Source: Candidatus Latescibacterota bacterium (GTDB lineage Bacteria; Latescibacterota; UBA2968; UBA8231). From it: a stretch of 64,000 nucleotides of DNA. Shown one piece after another: positions 1-10,200 of this stretch. The notes under the pieces were generated by a model. It saw nothing but the letters and a program-made list of their open reading frames with translations, made no database searches and had not been told where the DNA came from. The DNA is taken from NCBI GenBank assembly GCA_965217585.1, contig OZ244561.1, positions 4,224,001 to 4,288,000 of the forward strand. The letters run 5' to 3'. The position numbers and the translations under genes are program-made. Each line of letters starts with the position of its first letter. The first letter of the stretch is position 1.

Positions 1-1
1 C

Positions 2-1891
2 GACTACGTGCCGCTCTATCGCGCCCCCAAAGACGGGAGGATAACCACCCAGTTCGTCGGCGAGACCTGCATGGACATCGGCTTGCTGAAGATTGACATC
101 TTGGGCTTGACGGCGCTATCGCTGGTCGATGAGGCCGTGCGGCTGATTCAACTCAAGGAGCCGGACTTTGATTTGGAAGTCATTCCGTGGGACGACCGGG
201 CCACTTTCGACTTGTTCGGCCGCGGCGAGACGATTGGCGTTTTCCAGTTTGAATCCGCGGGGATGCGCGAATATCTGAGCAAGTTCAAGCCGGACACCAT
301 CGAAGACATTATCGCCATGAACGCCCTCTACCGCCCAGGGCCGATGGACAAGATCCCGACCTTCATCGCCCGCAAGCACGGCGAAGAGGCCGTTGCGTAC
401 GACCACCCCAAGTTAGAGTCGATTTTGGAGCCAACCTATGGGGTTATGGTCTATCAGGAGCAGGTCATGCGCATTGCCCAAGAGTTGGCCGGTTTCACCC
501 TCGGCCAAGCCGATATTTTGCGCAAGGCAATGGGTAAGAAAAAGCCCGAGGAAATGGCCAAGGTCAAAAAAGACTTCGTCGTCGGCTGCGTCGCACACGA
601 GGTGGAAAGGACATTGGCCAACAAGCTGTTCGGCGAGATCGAGATTTTTGCCGGCTATGGCTTCAACAAGGCGCACGCGGCCTGCTATGCCGAAGGCGCG
701 TACAAAAACGCGTATCTCAAGACCCATTACCCCCAAGAATACATGGCCGCCAGCCTGACCATTGAGCGCAACAATACCGATCGGCTGACCGTCTTGCTCG
801 ACGATTGCCGCCGCATGGACATCCGAGTCCTGCCGCCGGACATCAACCAGAGCACGCTCAACTTCACGCCGACGGACGAGGGCATTCGCTACGGCTTAGC
901 GGCAATCAAGAACGTCGGCGAGGGCGCGGCGCAGAGCGTGGTCGATACGCGGATTGCCGACGGTCCTTTTACCACCCTCTTTGAGTTCTGCGAGCGCATC
1001 GACCTGCGCGCCGTCAACCGACGCGTGGTCGAGAGCCTGATTGCTGCTGGGGCATTGGACAGCCTCGAAGGCCACCGCGCCCAAAAGATGGAAGCCCTCG
1101 AATCGGCGTTCAAAGCCGCGAGTAAGGCCCAGGAAGCCCGCGAGAAGGGGCAGATCAGCCTCTTCGACGGCGGCGGCTCGTCCGAGTTGGAACGCTGGGA
1201 CTTACCCGAGGTCGCGGAGTGGTCCGAGCGCGAGAAGCTGGCCAAGGAACGCGACCTATTGGGCTTCTATATCTCCAGCCATCCGCTCAAGCCCTACGCC
1301 CGCGACCTAAAAAACTTCGCTCGACCCCTAAGCGAGATAGACGGGCAGCACAACGGTGCGCCGCTGCGGGTCGGCGGTCTAGTCGAGGAGGTGCGCAAGC
1401 TCTTCGATCGCCGTAGCAATCCCTTTGCCTTTGTCACGCTCAAAGACCTCAACAGCACGGGCGATATCGCGTTTTTCGCCGAAGCCTTCGCCAACCACCA
1501 ACAGCTACTTGTGGAAGGCGAAACCATCCTCGTAGAGGGGCGTGTTTGCGAGCGCAACGGACGCCTGAGTTTACAGGCCGACCGCGCCCTGCTCCTCAAA
1601 TCGGCGCGGGCGGAACTGACCAAGTCCATCACTTTGTCGCTGTCCTACCAGAAAGTGGGCGACCCCCTTCTCAGCCGGCTGCGCCGCCTCTGCGAGCGCC
1701 ACATGGGCGATTGCGAACTGTGGCTCCAGCTCAAAAACGGCGACGAGCAGGACAAGATGGTGCGCTCGAAGACGATTCGCGTCGATCCCTGCGATGATTT
1801 GCTGCGCGGCATTGAGGAATTGATCGGCCCCCGATCCACCCGGCTGACGCCCAAGGTGCAAGCACCCGTGGGCTTCCGCCATTCGAGTTAA
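2..1891 (+). CDS. dnaE: DNA polymerase III alpha subunit, C-terminal part (5'-truncated at window edge)
   Basis: Motifs GLLKIDILGL, GVFQFES, ALYRPGPM, MVYQEQVM, ADILRKAMGKKK, FAGYGFNKAH, LPPDINQS, IRYGLAAIKNVG, LGFYISSHPL, then OB fold. Frame is open to the left edge. Confidence 0.97.
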   Translation, partial: DYVPLYRAPKDGRITTQFVGETCMDIGLLKIDILGLTALSLVDEAVRLIQLKEPDFDLEVIPWDDRATFDLFGRGETIGVFQFESAGMREYLSKFKPDTIEDIIAMNALYRPGPMDKIPTFIARKHGEEAVAYDHPKLESILEPTYGVMVYQEQVMRIAQELAGFTLGQADILRKAMGKKKPEEMAKVKKDFVVGCVAHEVERTLANKLFGEIEIFAGYGFNKAHAACYAEGAYKNAYLKTHYPQEYMAASLTIERNNTDRLTVLLDDCRRMDIRVLPPDINQSTLNFTPTDEGIRYGLAAIKNVGEGAAQSVVDTRIADGPFTTLFEFCERIDLRAVNRRVVESLIAAGALDSLEGHRAQKMEALESAFKAASKAQEAREKGQISLFDGGGSSELERWDLPEVAEWSEREKLAKERDLLGFYISSHPLKPYARDLKNFARPLSEIDGQHNGAPLRVGGLVEEVRKLFDRRSNPFAFVTLKDLNSTGDIAFFAEAFANHQQLLVEGETILVEGRVCERNGRLSLQADRALLLKSARAELTKSITLSLSYQKVGDPLLSRLRRLCERHMGDCELWLQLKNGDEQDKMVRSKTIRVDPCDDLLRGIEELIGPRSTRLTPKVQAPVGFRHSS

Positions 1892-1905
1892 ATACAGGAC
1901 GTACT

Positions 1906-2463
1906 ATGAGCGCAATGGCGATCAAAGGGCTTGTGACCGGGTTGGCACTCCTAGGGCTGGGCTGTGCCCCATCCGAGCCGCAAGGGGACAAGCTCTTCCC
2001 CCCGCAGTCTGCTAAGTGGAGCGACTATCAGGGCCGGAGCGTGGATTTGCGCGATTACGAGGGCAAGGTTGTCTTGGTCAACTTCTGGGCGACGTGGTGC
2101 GGCCCGTGCCGCTACGAGATTCCAGCTTTGGTCGAGATGAGCAACGAGTACGACCCCGAGCAGGTGGCGATCATTGGCATTTCCCTAGATCAAGGCCCCC
2201 CCGAGCGCGTCCTACCCCTAATAGGCGAGTTCGTCGAGCGCTTGGCCATTAACTACCCAGTGGTTCACGACAGCCAACTCGAACTGCTTCGCGCCTTCTA
2301 CAAAAAAAACCTAGCGAAGGTGGGCGTGCCGCTCACCTTTATTTTTGATCGCGCGGGCCGCGTGTACAAGACGCACTTAGGCGTGCCGAGCGACCGGAGC
2401 GGTCGGCCCAATCCCCGCGGGGTATTCGGCGAGGATATCGAGACCCTGTTGGCCCGCTCGTAG
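1906..2463 (+). CDS. TlpA/ResA-like thiol-disulfide oxidoreductase, predicted lipoprotein
   Basis: GKVVLVNFWATWCGPC motif; lipobox-like LLGLGC; cis-Pro loop GVP. Confidence 0.9.
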   Translation: MSAMAIKGLVTGLALLGLGCAPSEPQGDKLFPPQSAKWSDYQGRSVDLRDYEGKVVLVNFWATWCGPCRYEIPALVEMSNEYDPEQVAIIGISLDQGPPERVLPLIGEFVERLAINYPVVHDSQLELLRAFYKKNLAKVGVPLTFIFDRAGRVYKTHLGVPSDRSGRPNPRGVFGEDIETLLARS

Positions 2464-2477
2464 GGCGTCGGGATGTA

Positions 2478-2521
2478 ACAAAAGAAGGGATGGTCCGCAG
2501 TGGGACCATCCCTTCTTTTGT
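2478..2521. terminator. Bidirectional intrinsic terminator
   Basis: Perfect inverted repeat ACAAAAGAAGGGATGGTCC-gcagtg-GGACCATCCCTTCTTTTGT between convergent genes. Confidence 0.9.
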
Positions 2522-2542
2522 GTGTAGGTGTTGAGCTTTGCC

Positions 2543-2836
2543 CTAGTGGTTCGAGTAGTGCTCCTCTAAGACTTGCTTGCCGTGGCGCTGGACCAGCACT
2601 TCTTTGAACGTAGCGATGGAGTCGCCAGTGCGCAGGTGCTTGAGCATCTCGCTTTTGGACATGACCATCAGCGTGCCATTTTTGTAGTCGGGGAAGCGAC
2701 AAAAGCTGAATTCGATTGGCTCGCCGGTGACGCAGCAGGTGTCTTCGAGTTCTAGCTCGATCTGCGTGCCGGGATCAAACGAAAATTCAGCGTTGTCGTC
2801 GTCGCTGTTGGATTGGACTTTTTTGGGCCTTGCCAT
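2543..2836 (-). CDS. Small hypothetical protein (97 aa)
   Basis: Strong RBS (GAGGAG) before ATG; lies between map and the terminator; CCVTG motif. Confidence 0.75.
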   Translation of the reverse strand: MARPKKVQSNSDDDNAEFSFDPGTQIELELEDTCCVTGEPIEFSFCRFPDYKNGTLMVMSKSEMLKHLRTGDSIATFKEVLVQRHGKQVLEEHYSNH

Positions 2837-2893
2837 GCTATTCTCCTCGTGAAATGAACTTAAAAAATAAGAAAATGCCGCCGCTGAGCAAGC

Positions 2894-3655
2894 TCAGTAC
2901 GGCAGATCGGCAAAGCGCGATAGCACATCCGGCCCGTCGTTGGTGACGGCCACGGTGTGCTCGTATTGAGCCGAGAGCTTGCCGTCGGCTGTGACGGCCG
3001 TCCAGTCGTCGTCGAGCACGCGCGTTTCGTGCTCGCCCTCGTTGACCATCGGCTCGATGGTCAAGACCATGCCGTTTTGCAGGCGGCGGCCCGTACCGAC
3101 CTTGCCGTAGTGGAGCAACTGGGGTTCCTCGTGGAAGTTGCGGCCAATGCCGTGGCCGCAGTACGCGCGCACGATGGAAAAGCCGCGCGCTTCGACATAG
3201 CTTTGGATGGCGTGGCCAATGTCGCCGAGGCGTCGCCCGGGCGCACAAGCGGCCAACCCCTCCTCCAAGCTCTGGCGCGTGGTGTCGAGCAGGTGTTGGG
3301 CTTTGGGGGGCACGCAGCCGGCTTTCATGGTGACGTTCATGTCGCCGTGAAAGCCATCCTTTTTAACGGCAATGTCAACGGCGAGGATGTCCCCGTCTTG
3401 CAGGACGCGGTCTCCGGGGATGCCGTGGACGACTTCGTCGTTGACGGAGACGCAGATGCTGCGGGGAAAGCCGCGGTAGCCCAAGGCACTGGCAACCGCC
3501 CCTTGGCTGCGGATGTAGCGGTCGGCTATTTGGTCGAGGTCGAGGGTGGTGACCCCGGGCGCGAGGGCCTCTTCGACGCAGAGCATGGCTTCGGCGGCAA
3601 TGCGGCAACTGGCGCGGATGCGGTCGATTTCCAAGGCTGATTTGAGATGTACCAT
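2894..3655 (-). CDS. map: Type I methionine aminopeptidase
   Basis: SICVSVNDEVVHGIP, GFHGD, YCGHGIGRNFHEEP, TIEPMVN, SAQYEHT. Confidence 0.97.
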   Translation of the reverse strand: MVHLKSALEIDRIRASCRIAAEAMLCVEEALAPGVTTLDLDQIADRYIRSQGAVASALGYRGFPRSICVSVNDEVVHGIPGDRVLQDGDILAVDIAVKKDGFHGDMNVTMKAGCVPPKAQHLLDTTRQSLEEGLAACAPGRRLGDIGHAIQSYVEARGFSIVRAYCGHGIGRNFHEEPQLLHYGKVGTGRRLQNGMVLTIEPMVNEGEHETRVLDDDWTAVTADGKLSAQYEHTVAVTNDGPDVLSRFADLPY

Positions 3656-3712
3656 AGGGATTAAAAATCGGGTATTGAGCGGAAAAATGTCAAGCTCTTA
3701 TAACGAGCAACC

Positions 3713-4735
3713 ATGAAAACGCCCCGCGTATCGGTACTACTACCCGTGTTCAACGCAGCCGCCACACTGGCGGAAACCTTGGAGAGCATCCAAGCGCAGA
3801 GCTGCGAAGATTTTGAGGTCGTGGCCATAGACGACGGCTCGGAGGACGAGAGCGGGGACATACTCTTGGAATGGAGTTGCCGCGACCCCCGCTTTAGAGT
3901 TTTGCTCGCCGACCACCAAGGCATTGTCGAGGCCCCTAACCGAGGTTTGGCCTTGTGTCGGGGCGCGTACGTAGCGCGCATGGACGCCGACGACCGGATG
4001 CACCCCGAGCGCTTAGAAAAACAACTCGCGTGGTTGGAAGGGGATCCCGGGCTAAGCGTCGTGAGCTGTTTGGTGGAGATCTTTCCGCGTGAGGAGACCG
4101 GAGAGGGGATGTTGGTGTACGAGGCTTGGTTGAACGGCTTGGTGGATAGCGCGGCGATTGAACGAGAGTTTTTTGTCGAGAGTCCCATCGCCAATCCGTC
4201 GGCCATGATGCGTCGCGAGGAGTTGGTGGCCTTGGGGGGCTACCAAGATCGGGGATGGCCGGAAGACTACGATCTGTGGTTGCGCTATCGGGCGGCGGGC
4301 CGGCGCTTTGCCAAGGTGCCGGAGGTCTTGCACTACTGGCGCGAGCATCCGCGGCGGGCCACACACGTGCAGGGCCGCTACTCAGTGGAGAATTTCCTCC
4401 GCGCCAAAGCGCATTATCTTTGCGCCGGGCCGCTGCAAGAGCGGGATGGGCTGGCCGTCTGGGGCGCGGGCAAGACCGGCCGCCGGCTCGCCAAGCACTT
4501 GGAGCGCGAAGGCCGTGCTCCCGATGTATTTGTCGATATCGCGCCCAAGAAAATCGGCGGCACCTTGCGGCGTAAGCCCGTGATCGGACCGGATGACTTA
4601 CCGGCTTGGTGGACGCGCCACGAGCGGCCGATCCTATTGGCGGCCGTGGCGTCGCGGGGGGCGCGGGCGCTGATTCGGGAGGCGTTGGATGGATGGGGAC
4701 TGATAGAGGGGAATGATTTTTTATGTGTGGCTTAA
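3713..4735 (+). CDS. Family 2 glycosyltransferase with C-terminal Rossmann-like domain
   Basis: VSVLLPVFN, IDDGSED, ARMDADD, EDYDLWLR; C-terminal VWGAGKTG. Confidence 0.9.
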   Translation: MKTPRVSVLLPVFNAAATLAETLESIQAQSCEDFEVVAIDDGSEDESGDILLEWSCRDPRFRVLLADHQGIVEAPNRGLALCRGAYVARMDADDRMHPERLEKQLAWLEGDPGLSVVSCLVEIFPREETGEGMLVYEAWLNGLVDSAAIEREFFVESPIANPSAMMRREELVALGGYQDRGWPEDYDLWLRYRAAGRRFAKVPEVLHYWREHPRRATHVQGRYSVENFLRAKAHYLCAGPLQERDGLAVWGAGKTGRRLAKHLEREGRAPDVFVDIAPKKIGGTLRRKPVIGPDDLPAWWTRHERPILLAAVASRGARALIREALDGWGLIEGNDFLCVA

Positions 4736-4757
4736 CAAGAACGAGAAAGGAAGCAAT

Positions 4758-5570
4758 ATGACGGTGCAATACGCTCTCAACACATCGACGATCCGCCCGG
4801 CATCGCTGATGGAGAAAATCCGCATCGCCGGACAGATCGGCTACCAAGGCATCGAACTGTGGAACGATGACTTGACCGCGCACGAGCAGCAGGGCGGTTC
4901 GCTCGCGGACGTGCGACAGACACTGGCCGACCACGGGTTGGCGGTGCCGACCGTCATTGCACTCCACGGCTGGTTGGGGGCTGAGGGTGCGGCGCGGGCA
5001 CAGGCATTGGAGGAAGTTCGGCGGCGGATGGCGCAGGCGGTAGCGGTGGGGGCCGAGTTTATCGTCGCCAGCCCGCCGCTGGATTCCTGCGATCTGAGCC
5101 GGGGCGGGGACGATTACCGCGAACTGCTGGAGATCGGCAAAGAAATCGGCGTGCGACCGGCGATGGAGTACCTAGGCTTTGTGCAGAGCGTATATACCAT
5201 CGACCAAGCTTGGCAGATTGCCGAGGATGCCGACCATCCAGATGCAAGTTTGATCATGGATCCATTTCACATTCTACGCGGTGGCGGCCCTATTGCGAGC
5301 ATTGCCAAGGTGCCTGGCGACAAGGTCGCGGTCTGGCACTGGAACGATGCCCCCGGCGACAAGCCCTTTGCCGAACAAAGCGACGCCGACCGGGTGATGC
5401 CGGGCGACGGGGCCGGGCCACTGCGCGAGATCGAGCGGCTGGCGCAAGCGCAGGGATACGAGGGGTTTGTGTCGTTGGAGTTGTTTAATCCGGGGCTATG
5501 GGAGCAGGATCCGGCGGATGTCGCCCGGGTCGGTTTGGAGAAGATGCGGGCGTATTTCGCCGCTTTATAG
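4758..5570 (+). CDS. Sugar phosphate isomerase/epimerase (xylose isomerase-like TIM barrel)
   Basis: GYQGIELW, AMEYLG, MDPFH, WHWND, DRVMPGDG, VSLELF. Start chosen at ATG 4758 after GAAAGGAAG. Confidence 0.88.
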   Translation: MTVQYALNTSTIRPASLMEKIRIAGQIGYQGIELWNDDLTAHEQQGGSLADVRQTLADHGLAVPTVIALHGWLGAEGAARAQALEEVRRRMAQAVAVGAEFIVASPPLDSCDLSRGGDDYRELLEIGKEIGVRPAMEYLGFVQSVYTIDQAWQIAEDADHPDASLIMDPFHILRGGGPIASIAKVPGDKVAVWHWNDAPGDKPFAEQSDADRVMPGDGAGPLREIERLAQAQGYEGFVSLELFNPGLWEQDPADVARVGLEKMRAYFAAL

Positions 5571-5591
5571 AGAGCTAATAGGATGAGCAAA

Positions 5592-7196
5592 TTAGTGCTG
5601 CTGCGCTGATTCAATCTTACTGGTCAGGTTTCTAAGTCCCTCCTCGATAGCCCTGCGATCCTCGGGCAGCAAAAAATCGACCATCCGGAAGAGGAATACC
5701 ATCCCTTTGCGCTCCGCAAAGTTTCTGCGTTGAGTCGCTTCGAATTGGGAAACATCCTCTATTTGTCGGCCCATGAGTTCGGCGACGTATCGACGCAATA
5801 CCGCCGGCGGTTCGCGGTAGGGCATCTTGCGCAGGAAGAGTATCAGGTCGTTGCGGTAGAAGACGCGGTCCCACAGCGAATAACCGAGTTGGCGGGCATA
5901 GGCTTCATAGTTTTTCAGCCTACCCGTATCGCCCACTCCCCAGTTTGCACCGACAGCACTCTGCGCCAGATCCTCGACCATGGAGCGGGCGATTAGGTAA
6001 TGCCCATACACAGTTGGATGCAAGTACTCAGCGATCAATTCGTTCCCGACAATGCCGTGCGGCGAGTTGGCGGCAAAGGCTTTTTCCACATCGCTCAACA
6101 GGATCTGGCCCTCGGCCGCGCCGGCCAGCTTGCGGATGATCTGATTGAATACCGTGGGGGCGCGAAAAGGTAGCCTGTCCATGTCTCGGGCGTAGACAAA
6201 GGCCTTGTGGGCCTTGCTGTGCGCCCTGCGCCTATAGTGCAGTCGGCCCAATTCAAAGTGGATGCCGGCGCAATAGGGGTCCTCATCGAGTGCTTCCTCG
6301 CAGACGGCTATGGCTTCCTGCAGTCGGCCTTGGCGTACTAGGCCGTCCAGCTCTCGCGATAAATCCCCGCCGTCGCAGTCCGAGCGCAGCGGATAGAAGT
6401 CCTTTAGATTGGCAACCAGAGTCGAAAGCAGCACCGGAGTCCCGTGCTGACGGGCCTGCAGCAGTATTTCCCCTAGATTGTCCCGGTAGTTTTCCGCAGT
6501 GACTTGGTGTTCCTCATCGAGCAGGCCAATTTCCCTGCCGACCAGATGGAGTCCGAACTTCTCCTCTGCGGGGCTCCACCACTTTTGCAGACGGTAGATC
6601 GCCTCGCTGAGAAAGTAGTAGATTCTGGAGCGCTGCAACTCCATGTAGAGCCGGATCCAGGTCCGATTGTTGCCGAATTTGCGGAAGGGAGTGGTGACCC
6701 CGTAAGGGCCGACAAATTCGTTGTGCCCCGCGTAGAGGATGATCAAGTCCGGCTCATACCCGATGATTTCGGCCGCGAAGTCCAGCAGACAGAAGGTATT
6801 GATGGCGGTCATGCCGCAGTTGATGACCTCGAAGTGTCTGTCCGGATAGACCTCGGCCAGCATTGCTGCGAGAAAATGCGGAAAAGCCGTATTGGGCGGG
6901 TTGGGAAAACCGAGCAGAGTAGAGGCCCCTAGGACAAAAATGCGCACCGTGTCAGGTGGTTTTTTTTGTGGGAAACTCGGATCGTAAGGTACGGGACGCC
7001 GGTACTGCTGTTGAAAGAAACGGTGGCCGACGTGCGGGTTGACCTCGTATACGACCTCGCCATCCCGGTGGAACGCCAGAAAAAGCCGACTGGAAGGGCC
7101 TGCATCCACTAGGTAGAGGGCAACTTCGAGCAGTACTAGAGCCCCCATCCCCAGCAGAACCGCCAGAAGATTTAGGAAAAGCGATTTCTTCAGCAT
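5592..7196 (-). CDS. Membrane-anchored SGNH/GDSL-like hydrolase with TPR segment
   Basis: N-terminal TM helix; blocks VLGAST, EVINCG, YAGHNEF, EYLHPTVYGH; TPR-like IHFELGRLHY. Confidence 0.8.
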   Translation of the reverse strand: MLKKSLFLNLLAVLLGMGALVLLEVALYLVDAGPSSRLFLAFHRDGEVVYEVNPHVGHRFFQQQYRRPVPYDPSFPQKKPPDTVRIFVLGASTLLGFPNPPNTAFPHFLAAMLAEVYPDRHFEVINCGMTAINTFCLLDFAAEIIGYEPDLIILYAGHNEFVGPYGVTTPFRKFGNNRTWIRLYMELQRSRIYYFLSEAIYRLQKWWSPAEEKFGLHLVGREIGLLDEEHQVTAENYRDNLGEILLQARQHGTPVLLSTLVANLKDFYPLRSDCDGGDLSRELDGLVRQGRLQEAIAVCEEALDEDPYCAGIHFELGRLHYRRRAHSKAHKAFVYARDMDRLPFRAPTVFNQIIRKLAGAAEGQILLSDVEKAFAANSPHGIVGNELIAEYLHPTVYGHYLIARSMVEDLAQSAVGANWGVGDTGRLKNYEAYARQLGYSLWDRVFYRNDLILFLRKMPYREPPAVLRRYVAELMGRQIEDVSQFEATQRRNFAERKGMVFLFRMVDFLLPEDRRAIEEGLRNLTSKIESAQQH

Positions 7197-7221
7197 CGAT
7201 GCGCCAACGCCAACCAGCTAC

Positions 7222-10200
7222 CTAATACACCACGGCAATCACCCGATAGTCCACCGTGTGAGTAGCCTCCACCGCGTCCGCATCCACCGCGATCTTGCAC
7301 AGATAGAGACCAGGCGGAACTACCTTCTGCGCCTCGTCCCAGCCCTCCCACACCACGCTCTGTTCGCCAAACCCCATCTGGACTTTGTGCCAGACTCGAC
7401 GGCCGCTGAGGTCGAAAATCTCGACCCGTATTTCGCGATCTGCATTGAGGTTGCCCAGGGAGAAGCGGATCTGCATCTGATCGTTGACGCCGTCGGCGTT
7501 GGGGGTAAAGGGATTGGGAGAGATCACCACATCCCGCACCACCCGGGCGTTGATCGGTACGGCGATACTCATAGTGCTTCCCTCTCTTAGAGAGGTCGCA
7601 TCCCCGGCATCCACCTGCTGCCATATTGCCGGCCCACCGGCATCGCGGATTGATGCGTCGATCGTGCTTCCATTCAATATCACCTTGGCCTTAAAACGGA
7701 CCCGGACCAGTTCCCCTGCAGCTACAATCGATCCTTTTTCGTCCGTTGGCAACGCGTTGTACGCGGCCTGGGACAGCGGCTGCCCTGCCCGGTCAAAGGG
7801 AAATTCTCCACCCCTGCCGATCAACTTGCGAAAATAGAGAATCTCCCCTTTCAGAGAATCCTCCAGACTCTTGTACTGAAAATTGGTGACTTCTTCCTCG
7901 ATAAACGTGCCATCCGGGTTCTTACCGACAACCTGGAAGTAGACCGTGCGCCCCTGCTGCTCTGAAGGCAGGCTCAAATAAGTGAGCTGGTTCAACGGGC
8001 GACCGTCCTCATCCACGGGGACTTCTTCCCCCTCTTCCAAGATGAGCCGATTGTAGAACCGCGATTTCTCCGCTTGGGGCAACAGACCGACCTTGTGCGG
8101 CAGACGCATCAGCAGTTTGGATCCGGCCGCATCGGCATCCCCGGCGGCGATTCCTCCCTGGAAGACTTTGAGCGTATCGCCGGAGGCGGGATCAATCAAG
8201 ACCTGAAAACGCTCTCCGGCGTCCTCGAACCAGTAGTCCTGCTCTCCCGCGACCAGACGCGACCCGAGTTCGGTGAAATTCTGTCCAGTGTCATTTTGCA
8301 AGTCCTCCTCCGGCCCTATGCTCACATCTAGGAGTTTGATCGCCCGAATGGGATCGGCATCAATGAGGATCTCGTCGAAGCGCCGACTCCCCTGACCATC
8401 GGGCTCGCGCTCTACAAAGGTGGGATTGAGATAGACCTCAAAATCCTGCAGCGTGCCCAGAGATACCTCGTTGGGCCAGATTTCGCCGGTCGCTCGGCGG
8501 GCTACCGGCGGGAGAAAATGCACCCGTACAGAGCGGATACTAGCGACCATGTCGGGCACCCGGGAAACCATCTTCACCTGAATCTGCAAAAACCGCCTCG
8601 GGCTGGGAGAAGTGATGGGCTCGCCTGACTCGATGTATTTCTGACTCCAGGGGCTCCATCCACCTCCCGGTATCCTGCTGGTGACCATAGGGCCTTGGAA
8701 CTTGGCGGGCAATTTATTGTAGTCCGCTTCGGTCTTGGAATCGCCGCCGCTGCCGTAGTATTCGGTTATCTCTATCAAACGGTCTCCGGTGCGGGTGCGG
8801 ATCTCCACATCGACCAGATCGGGATCGGGGATATCGGCTTCCCACTCTATCTTGCCCAGGACGAACACGCCCGGCAATTCGATCAGGGGCGAAGTCAGAA
8901 CAACCTCCGGGGGATACCCCTCGCCAAAGACCTGCACTTCCCTGAACCCGTCCGCGAGGATCCCACTTCCCGCGGCGCGCTGGAAATCTACCGTGGACCG
9001 GGACCACAAGTAGCGTACCCGCATGGGACGCTCCAAGAGTTGTTCGTAATTTACCCGGGTCACGCCTTTCTCGCTCCGGTCTATTTGCATCCACTTCAGA
9101 TTGCCATTGGTATCTCTGCTTCCGTCCGAGACGCGGGTCAAGTACTCATGGCGGCTAGAAATACTTCCCACCCAGCGCAATTGATCGATCCAGAAGACGG
9201 CTCCCAGATCTACGATGAGTGTACCTCTATCCTCAAAGCGGGGGTCTGGTTGCCAGACCTCCTGCCTAAAATGGGTGTCGTAGATCCCGTCAAATCCCTC
9301 TGCCGCCGTCAATGGCCCGAGCAGGTCAACACTGCCGCCGCCCTCGATAATGCCTAGGGCGATATTGTTCCCTTGGGACCACACCTCGATATCCGCTAGG
9401 CGGGGGCGCTCCCGCTGGTAGGAGGCCAGTCGGCTCTGGCGATCGGCGGGAACCTGATCGAAGACCGCCTTGTCCACCTTAGTCTCTTTGCCAACTGCAT
9501 TCACAATGAAGTAATCGATGCCCCCCTGGTCCCCCAGAGGCAGGTCTATATATTCTCGCTCGGAGATTTCCTTGAACTTGTCGAATTTGCTGTCCGTGAT
9601 CTGAATGCGTAGCCGGTGTACTAGCAGGTAATTCCTACTCGGATCGTTTGCAATCAAATTGTCGAATTCGACTACTCGCCGATCCTCGTTAGGTGTCACC
9701 GTGCGCGCGGTCAAGCTCAAAGTGGCGTCCCGCTTTTGCGAAGGCGTGGTGAGGATGCGGAACTGGCGGAAGGGCTCGCCCACCTCTTCGTCCACAAAGC
9801 GCAGCACGATCTTCGAGACCGGCACCACCCGGCCCAACTCCACATCCACGTACCACTTTTCTAGGGAGCGGCTGTTATACTGGATCCGCCGCCCACTGGT
9901 GCTGGTCTGCTCGTAGGTATTCCGGCCCACGCGACGCTCCTGGCCGGCCGCGTCTTTGGCGAAATAATAAATGGACCCCTGTTCACCCAGAGGCAGGGCA
10001 TGGTACTCTTCCTCGCTCACCTCGGTGCTCGGCTCCCAATAGGTACTCGGATCGCCGTCGAGGATATTGGCGGCCATTTCCGAGCGGTAGGGCACCTCCC
10101 TAATGCCTCCCTGGTAGAAGTACCAAATCACGGGATCGCCTACTTCTATGCCTTTCTTGGCGTCCGCTTTCAAGTGCAAAATTGGGGACCCGGCTACATG

